A stretch of DNA of 51,027 nucleotides from Candidatus Altiarchaeota archaeon. GTDB lineage: Archaea > Altiarchaeota > Altiarchaeia > IMC4 > SCGC-AAA252-I15. The translations under genes were made by a program, and so were the position numbers. The notes under the pieces were generated by a model. It had not been told where the DNA came from and did no database searches. It saw only the letters and a program-made list of their open reading frames with translations. Position 1 is the stretch's first letter. Each line of letters starts with the position of its first letter. Positions 1-8,374 of the stretch are shown here, in pieces. The stretch covers positions 1 through 51,027 of the forward strand of contig JBDRLL010000032.1 of assembly GCA_043813075.1 (NCBI GenBank), in the 5' to 3' direction.

Positions 1-60
1 TTTTTATCCTTTGACTGCCGCCGTATATAAAACGGCTCGTTTCCATACGGTAATCCCCCG

Positions 61-546
61 CTACCATCCTATCTTGTACTTCTTTTTCTTATCGTCTTCA
101 TCATGATAGTAGACCTTCTTGTATCCCAGGGTCTCAGTGTAGTCCAAGTAGTATATCTTCTCAGGTATCACCTCGACAAACACGTGGTTGTCGGGTATGC
201 CCCCGAGTTCCATGACCACCGGGAACTTGTCCTCATAGGCCTTGACTATGTGTGGGATCTTCCTCTTGCTGTGTATCCTGATTTTCCCGAACAACTGTAT
301 GCCCTTTATTTCACGGAAGTCCTCGTAATCCTCGTCTATGGTCAGCGAGACCATCGGGTTCGCCTCCATTATGTGCACCTTCTCTGAATGATGCTCTGTC
401 TCAAAGAACAAGTGCAGTCCCTCATTCAGGTAGTATACCGTATACGCGCTCGGCTTCTGCCCGTCACTCAAGGCTAGCCTAGCCACCTTATGCGAGCCCA
501 TGTACTCCAGCATCTTATCTATCAAATCCTGGTCCACAAAAATCAC
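61..546 (-). CDS. Pyridoxamine 5'-phosphate oxidase-like FMN-binding split-barrel protein
   Basis: RLALSDGQKPSAYTVYY, HSEKVHIMEANPMVSLTI and GIQLFG match the PNPOx-like family; 4-nt overlap with fprA. Confidence 0.8.
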   Translation of the reverse strand: MIFVDQDLIDKMLEYMGSHKVARLALSDGQKPSAYTVYYLNEGLHLFFETEHHSEKVHIMEANPMVSLTIDEDYEDFREIKGIQLFGKIRIHSKRKIPHIVKAYEDKFPVVMELGGIPDNHVFVEVIPEKIYYLDYTETLGYKKVYYHDEDDKKKKYKIGW

Positions 547-1733
547 CCCCTCATCAAACCATACTCCTTATGCTTTTCTTCTATGGCGTCCGCCAGCCCG
601 TCCAACAACCCATAGTCAGCGTCTCTGGGATACCCCCTGATGTTAACCGGCTCAATCCATTCAGCACCAAGATTACCCATCAGGCCCTTCATCTGCTCAG
701 GCATCCTGCTACCCCAACCATAAGACCCGACTGCGCTCAAGAGCCTTGTCTTAGGCCTCAACGCGTTCACGAGATATGCCGCGTAGACTGCCGCAGGATG
801 CGGTCCAGTCAACACTGTTGGCGTCGCTATCACTATCGTTGCAGCGTCGACTACCGCCATCGCCAAGTCTCCCACATCCGTCTTAGCGAGGTTGTAGGGC
901 TTCACCTTCACGCCCCTCCCCATCAACGCTTCCGTAAGATGGCGCACAATCCTGTCAGTGCTCCCGTGCATGGAAATGTATGGGAGCACCACCTCATTCC
1001 TGACTTCATCTGAAGTCCACTTCCGGTAAGCGTCTATTATGAACTCCGGCTTATCGTACACCGGCCCGTGGCTCGCCGCGATAACATCGATGTCATAACC
1101 CCCCAGTCTCTCGAGATGGCCTTTTATGACTGTCCTGAACGGCATCATTATCTCCGCGTAATACCTCTTCGCGGAGTCGTACACCTTCTTCTCGTCAACC
1201 GCGTAGAGTTCGCTCGTCGCCAGATGGGATCCGAAAAAATCACAGGAGAAGAGTATCCTATCCTCCCTAAGGTACGTCAGCATGGTCTCCGGCCAGTGCA
1301 CCCACGGCGTGATCATGAACTCAAGGGTTCTGTCTCCGAGGGAGAGTGTCTCGCTGTCCCCAACAATCTTGAACTTTTCATCAGGTATCTGCAGCAGGTC
1401 TTTCAGGAATTCCTTGCACTTCCCGTTAGTCACAACCACTGCTTCAGGGTACTTGTCAAGTATCCCTGGTATTGTGCCTGAATGATCCTGCTCGGCATGG
1501 TTTGGTATAACATAGTCTATCCTGTCAATGCCCAGCCCATCAATGTTATCAATCAACTCGTTTTCCTTAGTCGGGTCGACAGTGTCTATGAGTGCGGTCT
1601 TACCGCTGCCCCTCACAATATACGCATTGTAGCTGGTGCCGTCAGGCAATGGTATCAGCTCGTCGAATATGCGCCTGTCCCAGTCTATGGCTCCAACGCT
1701 GTAGACTCCCTTCTTCAGTTCCCCAACCGCCAT
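543..1733 (-). CDS. fprA: Flavodiiron protein (A-type flavoprotein, O2/NO reductase)
   Basis: GTSYNAY, NHAEQDHSG, WVHWPET, SCDFFGSH; C-terminal flavodoxin motifs SMHGST and GSYGWG. Confidence 0.95.
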   Translation of the reverse strand: MAVGELKKGVYSVGAIDWDRRIFDELIPLPDGTSYNAYIVRGSGKTALIDTVDPTKENELIDNIDGLGIDRIDYVIPNHAEQDHSGTIPGILDKYPEAVVVTNGKCKEFLKDLLQIPDEKFKIVGDSETLSLGDRTLEFMITPWVHWPETMLTYLREDRILFSCDFFGSHLATSELYAVDEKKVYDSAKRYYAEIMMPFRTVIKGHLERLGGYDIDVIAASHGPVYDKPEFIIDAYRKWTSDEVRNEVVLPYISMHGSTDRIVRHLTEALMGRGVKVKPYNLAKTDVGDLAMAVVDAATIVIATPTVLTGPHPAAVYAAYLVNALRPKTRLLSAVGSYGWGSRMPEQMKGLMGNLGAEWIEPVNIRGYPRDADYGLLDGLADAIEEKHKEYGLMRG

Positions 1734-1740
1734 TCTATAC

Positions 1741-2241
1741 CTAGGATGTTATTGTTCTGAAGTCGTGGAATTCACCCGTCTCTGTGATGAACTCCACCTC
1801 CTTCTCGAGTATCATGAGGTGCTTCTCCTCCTCGCCAGCAATATTGTTGAATATCACTGAACAGCTCTCGTCGCCGCACTGCTCTCCAAGCCTCCTGTAT
1901 AACTCAATGCTGTTCTTCTCCGCTTGGATGCCGATGTTCAATGCTGCGAGAGAGTCAGCTTTATCATCCGCCCTCCCGCCAGGCACGTTAACGCGGAATA
2001 TATCATCCTCAATCTCATGTATGTCAGGGATCCAGACCATCAAGACCATGTCTAGACCGGATTTCTCCATCATCTCACGGATCCTGTTGGCGTGAATCAC
2101 CTCCTCGCTGGCAAGGAAGTCGAACATGGACTTTCCCTCACCCTCGCCCGTATTCTCAGAACACTTCTTGTAGAACGCGTAACCCCTCTCCTCTAGCTCA
2201 ATAGCCTTCTTGAAGGCCTCCCCTAGCTTTACTTCAGGCAT
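1741..2241 (-). CDS. Ferritin-like / rubrerythrin-family diiron protein without a rubredoxin domain
   Basis: Duplicated AIxxE..Y / EExxH helices (AIELEERG..FY, EEVIH, QAEKNS..LY, EEEKH). Confidence 0.85.
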   Translation of the reverse strand: MPEVKLGEAFKKAIELEERGYAFYKKCSENTGEGEGKSMFDFLASEEVIHANRIREMMEKSGLDMVLMVWIPDIHEIEDDIFRVNVPGGRADDKADSLAALNIGIQAEKNSIELYRRLGEQCGDESCSVIFNNIAGEEEKHLMILEKEVEFITETGEFHDFRTITS

Positions 2242-2286
2242 CTCTCATCTCCTCTAAAAAAATAAAAAATGGGCTTATCGGATCCT

Positions 2287-2445
2287 CTACTGGATTAGAC
2301 CCGACTTTATCCCCGACTTCAGGGCATCCCACTCGCTCTTCTTGAGCGTGCACAGATTCCCATCCTCCCCTATCTTCACTAAGTCGTCTTGAACGTCGAC
2401 GACAGGGCAGCAGGTCTTACCACCGCATATGCTATACACTGTCAT
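2287..2445 (-). CDS. Small 52-aa Cys-containing protein, absent from the ORF track
   Basis: Hand translation MTVYSICGGKTCCPVVDVQDDLVKIGEDGNLCTLKKSEWDALKSGIKSGLIQ*; SD AGAGGTGA just upstream; fills the operon gap. Confidence 0.75.
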   Translation of the reverse strand: MTVYSICGGKTCCPVVDVQDDLVKIGEDGNLCTLKKSEWDALKSGIKSGLIQ

Positions 2446-2464
2446 ATCTATATCACCTCTTAAT

Positions 2465-2656
2465 TTATTCCACTAACTTCTTAAATAGGTCTTTCCCGAC
2501 GCCGCATAGCGGGCATGTCCATGATTCAGGGACCTTCTCGAACGGTGTCCCAGGCTTCACGTTGTTGTCAGGATCCCCCTTCACAGGGTCGTAGACGTAA
2601 CCGCACACAGTGCACTTGTACTTGTCCTTCCCCCCGGTCTCGCCGTCATCAGCCAT
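2465..2656 (-). CDS. Rubredoxin (63 aa; start moved to the ATG at 2656)
   Basis: [12 protein letters not shown]...[18 protein letters not shown]. Confidence 0.95.
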   Translation of the reverse strand: MADDGETGGKDKYKCTVCGYVYDPVKGDPDNNVKPGTPFEKVPESWTCPLCGVGKDLFKKLVE

Positions 2657-2658
2657 AT

Positions 2659-3243
2659 TCAATACACCTCGCACTTTATCTGGAAATATGATGTGGGATG
2701 ACCGCATGAAGGGCATTTTTCCGGAGGACTGGCTCCGTCGTGTGTGTAGCCGCACTTCCTGCATACCCACGACTTCGGCTCGCTCTTCTTGAACACGCTA
2801 CCGCCCTCGACCTCGGCGAGGAGCTTCTTGTACCTCTCCTCATGGTGCATCTCTGCTTTTGCTATCGCCCTCAGCCTTGCTGCAATATCCTTAAAACCCT
2901 CCGTCTCAGCGACTTTCGCGAACTCCGGATACATTGTCGTGTGCTCGTAGTTCTCCCCTGCGGCAGCCTCCTTCAGGTTCTCAATGGTAGTGCCTAATAC
3001 TGTCGGTCCTGTGGCCTCCACTGTTATCTCACCGTAGTCTTCACTGCTCTTTCCCTTCAACTCGTTTATGAGCCTGAAGAGCCATTTAGCGTGCTCCCTC
3101 TCCTGCTCGGCGGTCTCCAGGAATATCGCTGAAACCTGTTCGTAACCCTCTTTCTGAGCTGTCCTCGCGTATATGGTGTACCTGTTGCGGGCCATGCTCT
3201 CCCCCATAAAAGCCTTCATCAAGTTTTTTATTGTGTCGTCCAT
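2659..3243 (-). CDS. rbr: Rubrerythrin
   Basis: [37 protein letters not shown]; C-terminal CRKCGY...CPSCGH. Confidence 0.95.
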   Translation of the reverse strand: MDDTIKNLMKAFMGESMARNRYTIYARTAQKEGYEQVSAIFLETAEQEREHAKWLFRLINELKGKSSEDYGEITVEATGPTVLGTTIENLKEAAAGENYEHTTMYPEFAKVAETEGFKDIAARLRAIAKAEMHHEERYKKLLAEVEGGSVFKKSEPKSWVCRKCGYTHDGASPPEKCPSCGHPTSYFQIKCEVY

Positions 3244-3250
3244 CTTAACC

Positions 3251-3275
3251 AGAGTATATATTCAATGTAAACTCT
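3251..3275. promoter_or_regulatory. Imperfect 25-bp palindrome between the minus-strand TATA box and the rbr start; putative operator
   Basis: AGAGTATATATTCAATGTAAACTCT, 10 of 12 pairs complementary. Confidence 0.45.
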
Positions 3276-3334
3276 ATAAAAGGGTTATAGTACTCATCCA
3301 GTAACCTATATACCCCAACTCAAGATAATTAACA

Positions 3335-3577
3335 ATGACCGAGCCAATAGAGATAGCCAGCGTTGTGGTCGGAATCATGGTCATAGCCATAGAGCTAGTC
3401 ATATTGTCCCGCCTCCGCCAGCACAGGATGGAGATAGACGGGCATACTAGAAGGCTTGACGAGCACATCCAGGACCTGGACGAGCACTCCCGCCGCCTGG
3501 AAAAACAGGTTGAGAGGCTCCTAAAAGAGACTGAAGACATCTACACCCGGGTTTGCAGGCCTCTAAGCGTCAAATAA
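3335..3577 (+). CDS. Small single-TM coiled-coil protein
   Basis: Hydrophobic N-terminus followed by heptads IDGHTRR/LDEHIQD/LDEHSRR/LEKQVER. Confidence 0.6.
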   Translation: MTEPIEIASVVVGIMVIAIELVILSRLRQHRMEIDGHTRRLDEHIQDLDEHSRRLEKQVERLLKETEDIYTRVCRPLSVK

Positions 3578-3664
3578 CGGTTTTCCTGGTTTTTCTCCCA
3601 TTATGCTAAACAACATAATTATTCTCTTATGCATAAAAATAAGCGATAAATATTTATATGTGAA

Positions 3665-3678
3665 TTAACGATTGTTAT
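3665..3678. promoter_or_regulatory. TTAAC-N4-GTTAA-type operator upstream of metY
   Basis: TTAACGATTGTTAT directly downstream of the TATA-like TTTATA (3653-3658). Confidence 0.6.
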
Positions 3679-3703
3679 TACTCTACTTTTGGGGTGATGT
3701 ATA

Positions 3704-4996
3704 ATGACAGGCAAAAAACACGGAATCGAGACGAAAGCATTGCACGCAGGACAGGATCCAGACCCAACGACCCTATCCAGGGCAGTACCCCTATACCGGA
3801 CAAGCAGCTACGTCTTCAAGGACACGGAACACGCGGCAAACCTTTTCGGGCTTAAGGAGCTGGGCAACATCTACACCCGCTTGATGAACCCGACCACAGA
3901 CGTGCTAGAGAAAAGGCTCGCAGAACTAGAGGGCGGCGTTGGGGCGCTAGCAGTATCGTCAGGAACGACAGCCATATTCTACAGCATAGTGAACCTGGCT
4001 AGGATAGGCGACGAGATAGCATCGGCAAACGACCTCTACGGCGGAACATACACCCAGTTCAACAACATACTCCCAGACTTCGGGATAAAAACAAACTTCG
4101 TGGACCCCACCGACCCGGACAACTTCAAGAAAGCCGTAACAGACAAGACAAAAGCATTGTACTCCGAGACCATCGGAAACCCGGCATTGAATGTCCCAGA
4201 CTTCAAGGCAATCGCAGACATAGCCCACGACAACGGGATACCCTACATAGTCGACAGCACATTCACCACACCCTACCTGCTGAATCCCATAGAACACGGC
4301 GTAGACATCATAGACTACTCGCTCACCAAATGGATCGGCGGCCACGGCACCGCAATAGGCGGCGCGGTCGTGGACTTCGGGAAATTCGAATGGAGCAAGT
4401 CAAAAAAACACCCGCTCATGACAGAGCCTGATGAAAGCTACCATGGAATAAGATACGCCCACGACCTCGGAGACATGAGCCCACTCGCATACATACTGCG
4501 CATGAGACTCGTCCCGCTCCGCAACCTCGGGGGATGCATATCACCAGACAACTCCTGGATATTCCTTCAGGGACTTGAGACACTGCCCCTGAGGATGGAG
4601 CGTCACTGCGAGAACTCGCTTAAGACAGCGGAACACCTGAGCGCCCACGACAAGGTGGAGTCAGTCAGCTATCCTGGCCTCGACACCCACCCGACGAACG
4701 ACAACGCCAGGAAATACCTTAAGAAAGGGTACGGTTCCGTGGTAGTATTTGAGGTGAAGGGCGGCGCAAAGGCGGGACGCAAGTTCATAGAGTCGCTGGA
4801 ACTCTTCAGTCACCTCGCCAACGTTGGCGATGCAAAGAGCCTCGCCATACACCCGGCGAGCACAACACACAGCCAGCTGACAGAGAATCAACAGAAACAA
4901 GGAGGGATAACGCCAGGACTAATACGATTGTCTATCGGAATAGAGGACATCGGGGACATAACCTCAGACATAGACCAGGCGTTAAGCAGGATATAA
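3704..4996 (+). CDS. metY: O-acetylhomoserine aminocarboxypropyltransferase (sulfhydrylase)
   Basis: GNIYTRLMNPT, PLP-lysine motif SLTKWIGGHG, HLANVGDAKSLAIHPASTTHSQL. Confidence 0.95.
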   Translation: MTGKKHGIETKALHAGQDPDPTTLSRAVPLYRTSSYVFKDTEHAANLFGLKELGNIYTRLMNPTTDVLEKRLAELEGGVGALAVSSGTTAIFYSIVNLARIGDEIASANDLYGGTYTQFNNILPDFGIKTNFVDPTDPDNFKKAVTDKTKALYSETIGNPALNVPDFKAIADIAHDNGIPYIVDSTFTTPYLLNPIEHGVDIIDYSLTKWIGGHGTAIGGAVVDFGKFEWSKSKKHPLMTEPDESYHGIRYAHDLGDMSPLAYILRMRLVPLRNLGGCISPDNSWIFLQGLETLPLRMERHCENSLKTAEHLSAHDKVESVSYPGLDTHPTNDNARKYLKKGYGSVVVFEVKGGAKAGRKFIESLELFSHLANVGDAKSLAIHPASTTHSQLTENQQKQGGITPGLIRLSIGIEDIGDITSDIDQALSRI

Positions 4997-4997
4997 C

Positions 4998-6110
4998 ATG
5001 GCGAAGAATCAAGGATCACTCGGGGTTGTGAAGACCAAGCACTACGACTTCAACGAGCTAACACTGGACAGCGGTGAGAAGATCAGCCCTGTGAGGATAG
5101 CGTACGAAACCTACGGGAGGCTCAACAAGGAGAAAAACAACGCAATCCTCATATGCCACGCCCTGAGCGGAGACGCGCACGCGGCAGGAAAACACCGTAA
5201 AAACAGCCGGAAAAACGGGTGGTACGACATCGCGGTCGGCCCGGGCAAGACCTTCGACACGCGCAAATACTTCGTCATATGCTCCAACGTAATCGGCGGC
5301 TGCAGGGGCTCCACAGGACCCTCATCCAAAAACCCGAAGACAGGCAAGCCATACGGTCTTGACTTTCCCACAATAACGGTCGGAGACATGGTCCGCGCCC
5401 AGAAGAGGCTGGTCGAACACCTGGGCGTAAGCAGGCTAAAATGCATTGTCGGAGGGAGTCTGGGCGGCATGCAGGTCCTCGAATGGGTTGCCAGATACCC
5501 TGACGCAAGCGAAAAGGCGATTGCAATAGCAACAGCCGCACGGCAATACCCTCTCGGCATAGCACTGCACGACGTCGGCAGACAGGCCATAATAAACGAC
5601 CCCTCATGGAGGAAAGGAGACTACTACTCAAAGGGACAGCCGAAGGAGGGTCTTGCACTAGCCAGAAAAGTGGCTCACATATCCTACCTAAGCCACGAGA
5701 CCTTCGAACGAAAGTTCGGGAGAGCAAGGAAAAAACGGAGAAACGGTAAGTTCAGCACAGAGTTCGAAGTGCAGAGCTACCTGAACTACCAGGGCAGCAG
5801 TTTCGTGAGGAGATTCGACGCCAACAGCTACTTGTACATAACAAACGCGATAGACCAGTTCGACCTCACCGAAGGGGGGAGAAAAAAGCTGAAGGACCTC
5901 TTCAAGAACGCCAAATCCAAGTTCCTCTTGGTTTCATTCACATCCGACTGGCTATACCCCCCGGAACAGGTCGAAGAGGTTTTCAACGCACTGGCGGAAT
6001 CAGGGATACCGTCGGTATACAGGAATCTAGACCTGCCATATGGCCACGACGCCTTTCTAGTATACAACAACACGCTCGGCAACGCGCTCTCGGGCTTCAT
6101 CAACGACTAG
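4998..6110 (+). CDS. metX: Homoserine O-acetyltransferase
   Basis: CHALSGDAH, nucleophile elbow GGSLGGMQ, RFDANSY, GHDAFL. Confidence 0.95.
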   Translation: MAKNQGSLGVVKTKHYDFNELTLDSGEKISPVRIAYETYGRLNKEKNNAILICHALSGDAHAAGKHRKNSRKNGWYDIAVGPGKTFDTRKYFVICSNVIGGCRGSTGPSSKNPKTGKPYGLDFPTITVGDMVRAQKRLVEHLGVSRLKCIVGGSLGGMQVLEWVARYPDASEKAIAIATAARQYPLGIALHDVGRQAIINDPSWRKGDYYSKGQPKEGLALARKVAHISYLSHETFERKFGRARKKRRNGKFSTEFEVQSYLNYQGSSFVRRFDANSYLYITNAIDQFDLTEGGRKKLKDLFKNAKSKFLLVSFTSDWLYPPEQVEEVFNALAESGIPSVYRNLDLPYGHDAFLVYNNTLGNALSGFIND

Positions 6111-6403
6111 ACATGTTTAGCCGCATTCCTGCAGCACCTGCATATCAACCTGGAGACGACATCATCACTGCTGTCTGCGCTGATTTCGACAGCAGCTTTG
6201 GCAATCATCTCCCTGTACCCTGCGGGCATCCTCCCTCCACCTCCGCGCTTCTTGTGCAGATACTGGGATACAGCGGACGGGGTTATGTCCAGCACCCTGG
6301 CGACATCCTTCTGCCGCATCCCGTTCTTAACGAGCTCCCTCGCCAAATCCGCCCTTATACGGGGCAGAGTGTACCATATAGCTTCCTCACACGGTAATGC
6401 CAT
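6107..6403 (-). CDS. Archaeal HTH transcriptional regulator (COG2522-like) with N- and C-terminal cysteines
   Basis: LPCE..., HTH QKDVARVLDITPSAVSQYL, C-terminal ICRCCR; divergent from cysK. Confidence 0.85.
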   Translation of the reverse strand: MALPCEEAIWYTLPRIRADLARELVKNGMRQKDVARVLDITPSAVSQYLHKKRGGGGRMPAGYREMIAKAAVEISADSSDDVVSRLICRCCRNAAKHV

Positions 6404-6410
6404 GATACTA

Positions 6411-6424
6411 TTAACTATAGTTAA
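6411..6424. promoter_or_regulatory. Perfect 14-bp palindrome; operator in front of the HTH gene
   Basis: TTAACTATAGTTAA between TATA (6426-6433) and the ATG at 6403. Confidence 0.7.
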
Positions 6425-6447
6425 GTTTTTATACTAGTATGTCACAA

Positions 6448-6465
6448 TATTAACAATTGTTAATA
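6448..6465. promoter_or_regulatory. Perfect 18-bp palindrome; operator at the cys operon promoter
   Basis: TATTAACAATTGTTAATA, over the expected transcription start downstream of TTTTTATA (6426-6433). Confidence 0.7.
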
Positions 6466-6467
6466 AA

Positions 6468-6545
6468 ATGGTTGGATTGCTTTACCTCCTCAGAGGGGCA
6501 GGAACCCCACTGACATGTCCGTGTCCCTGCCAGTGTCGGGTCTAG
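6468..6545 (+). CDS. Putative Cys-rich leader peptide of the cys operon (25 aa)
   Basis: MVGLLYLLRGAGTPLTCPCPCQCRV*; four Cys codons in 7 positions, between the promoter and cysK. Confidence 0.65.
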   Translation: MVGLLYLLRGAGTPLTCPCPCQCRV

Positions 6546-6634
6546 ACACCCGCACACACCATTAACCCACACGGACAAACCAAATAAAAAAACCAATTCT
6601 TTTTTACCATCCAACAAAAACCAAAGGTGATAAA

Positions 6635-7561
6635 ATGACGTTAAACAACATACTAAGTACGATAGGCGGCACACCACACGTAAGGCTCCATAAAATGCCT
6701 GCTGAAGGAAGCGCTGAAGTCATCGCCAAGATAGAGTCATTCAACCCAGGCTCCTCAGTCAAAGACAGGATAGCCCTCTACATGATAGAGGCGGCCGAGA
6801 AAGAAGGTCTACTAAGAGAAGACAGCGTTATAGTGGAGCCCACGTCCGGGAACACCGGGATCGGGCTCGCAATGGTGGCTGCAGTCAAAGGATACAAGCT
6901 GAAGCTGACCATGCCGGACACGATGAGCCTTGAACGCAGGAAAATCCTGAAGGCATTCGGCGCGGAACTAGTTCTGACTGAAGGCTCGAAGGGGATGGGC
7001 GGCGCAGTTGAGAAGGCAGTGGAACTAGGCAAACAAGACACCCACGTCTTCATACCCCAACAGTTCAAGAACAAGGCGAACGTGAAAGCCCACGAGGAAA
7101 CCACAGCCAAAGAGATAATGGATGACGTGGGAGAATTCGACGCGTTCGTGGCGGGAGTCGGAACAGGAGGAACAATAACCGGAGTCGCGACCGCACTAAA
7201 AGAAAAACTCCCTTCAGCCAAATTCATCGCAGTGGAGCCTACAACATCACCCGTACTCTCCGGCGGAGAGAAAGGCCCCCACAAGATACAGGGCATCGGC
7301 GCCGGATTCATACCTGACATAATGCGCCTAGACCTGGTGGACGAAGTCATAAAAGTCAAGGATGAAGACGCGTTCAAGACTGCTGAACGCCTCGCCAGGG
7401 AAGAGGGAATACTCGCGGGAATATCCTCCGGAGCCAACACGTGGGCCGCACTAGAGGTAGCGAAAAAACTGGGTGAAGGAAAGAAGGTTGTGGTAATACT
7501 CCCCGACACTGGGGAGAGATACCTTTCGACAAAACTATTCGAGGAACGTGAAGATGCTTGA
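6635..7561 (+). CDS. cysK: Cysteine synthase A
   Basis: [46 protein letters not shown]; SD AGGTGA. Confidence 0.97.
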   Translation: MTLNNILSTIGGTPHVRLHKMPAEGSAEVIAKIESFNPGSSVKDRIALYMIEAAEKEGLLREDSVIVEPTSGNTGIGLAMVAAVKGYKLKLTMPDTMSLERRKILKAFGAELVLTEGSKGMGGAVEKAVELGKQDTHVFIPQQFKNKANVKAHEETTAKEIMDDVGEFDAFVAGVGTGGTITGVATALKEKLPSAKFIAVEPTTSPVLSGGEKGPHKIQGIGAGFIPDIMRLDLVDEVIKVKDEDAFKTAERLAREEGILAGISSGANTWAALEVAKKLGEGKKVVVILPDTGERYLSTKLFEEREDA

Positions 7562-8138
7562 CGTATTCAAGGTAGCCTACGAGAAGGATCCTGCATTAAG
7601 GAAGGGCGTGGGATTCCTGGAGGTCCTCCTATACCCAGGAGTGCAGGCGATAATACTCTACCGGATAGCGCACGCCCTACATAAAACAGGGATGCCCATC
7701 CTACCCCGAGCCATCTCCTACTTTGGCAGGTTCCTGACTGGGGCTGAAATACACCCGGCCGCAAGGATAGGGAAAAGATTCTTCATAGACCACGCCACCG
7801 GCGTGGTCATCGGGGAGACAGCGGAAGTCGGAGACAACGTGATGATGTACCACAACGTCACCCTAGGCGGCCATGGATGGTGGCGCGACAAGAAAGGTGA
7901 GAAAAGACACCCCACAATAGAAGACAACGTGATACTCGGCGTCGGCGCCACAGTACTCGGCCCCGTAACAGTAAAGAAGAACTCGCGGGTGGGTGCGTTG
8001 TCCGTCATAGTCGACGACATACCTGAAGACTCGACGGTCGTATGCCCTAAAGGCAGGCTAAGGATAATGGAAGGATGCTACAAGCGCCTCATAGACCCCT
8101 GCGACCACTGCACTAAAGAACCGGAATGGGTGATATAA
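7548..8138 (+). CDS. cysE: Serine O-acetyltransferase
   Basis: [42 protein letters not shown]; start may be the ATG at 7554. Confidence 0.93.
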   Translation: MKMLDVFKVAYEKDPALRKGVGFLEVLLYPGVQAIILYRIAHALHKTGMPILPRAISYFGRFLTGAEIHPAARIGKRFFIDHATGVVIGETAEVGDNVMMYHNVTLGGHGWWRDKKGEKRHPTIEDNVILGVGATVLGPVTVKKNSRVGALSVIVDDIPEDSTVVCPKGRLRIMEGCYKRLIDPCDHCTKEPEWVI

Positions 8139-8156
8139 AAAAAACACAATAACAAT

Positions 8157-8193
8157 AGCGAGGACTAGGGCAACGGAGTTGACTAGTCCTGCT
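8157..8193 (+). other. Strong bulged hairpin immediately 5' of tRNA-Cys
   Basis: AGGACTAG (8161-8168) pairs with CTAGTCCT (8183-8190); inner CAAC-GGA-GTTG; outer AGC/GCT. Confidence 0.6.
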
Positions 8194-8203
8194 CTCCCCG
8201 AAA

Positions 8204-8274
8204 GCGAGGATGCCAGAGCGGCTATGGAGTGGCCTGCAAAGCCATCAACGGGGGTTCAAATCCCTCTCCTCGCT
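8204..8274 (+). tRNA. tRNA-Cys (GCA), intronless, CCA not encoded
   Basis: Acceptor GCGAGGA/TCCTCGC, discriminator U; D stem CCA/TGG; anticodon arm GTGGC-CTGCAAA-GCCAT; T arm GGGGG-TTCAAAT-CCCTC. Confidence 0.95.
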
Positions 8275-8280
8275 CAACCT

Positions 8281-8374
8281 TTTCTTTCTTTCAAAAAGAA
8301 AGACCCACAGAAAGCAGAGCTTTCTGGGGCCCATCCCCAAAGGGGATTGGGAAACGTTGACGAAAAGAAAGAAA
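8281..8374 (+). other. Multi-hairpin structured spacer between tRNA-Cys and cysS
   Basis: TTTCTTTCTTT (8281-8291) complements AAAGAAAGAAA (8364-8374), enclosing CAGAAAGC-aga-GCTTTCTG and TCCCC-aaa-GGGGA. Confidence 0.55.

Noticed and set aside
2657-2770. N-terminal extension of rubredoxin (101-aa track ORF)
   Set aside because: Overlaps the rbr 3' end; the ATG at 2656 has an upstream GAGGTG and gives a normal rubredoxin.
3603-3668. Short ORF MLNNIIILLC... upstream of metY as a Met leader peptide
   Set aside because: Not Met- or Cys-rich, and it overlaps the TATA box and operator, so it is probably upstream of the transcription start.
6470-6630. T-box or SAM riboswitch upstream of cysK
   Set aside because: No T-box AAGGTGGTACC-like consensus or SAM-I core was recognised; a cmscan would confirm.
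6450-6677. 75-aa minus-strand ORF over the cys leader
   Set aside because: Antisense to the cysK start and leader, ends inside the operator, and has no recognisable motif.
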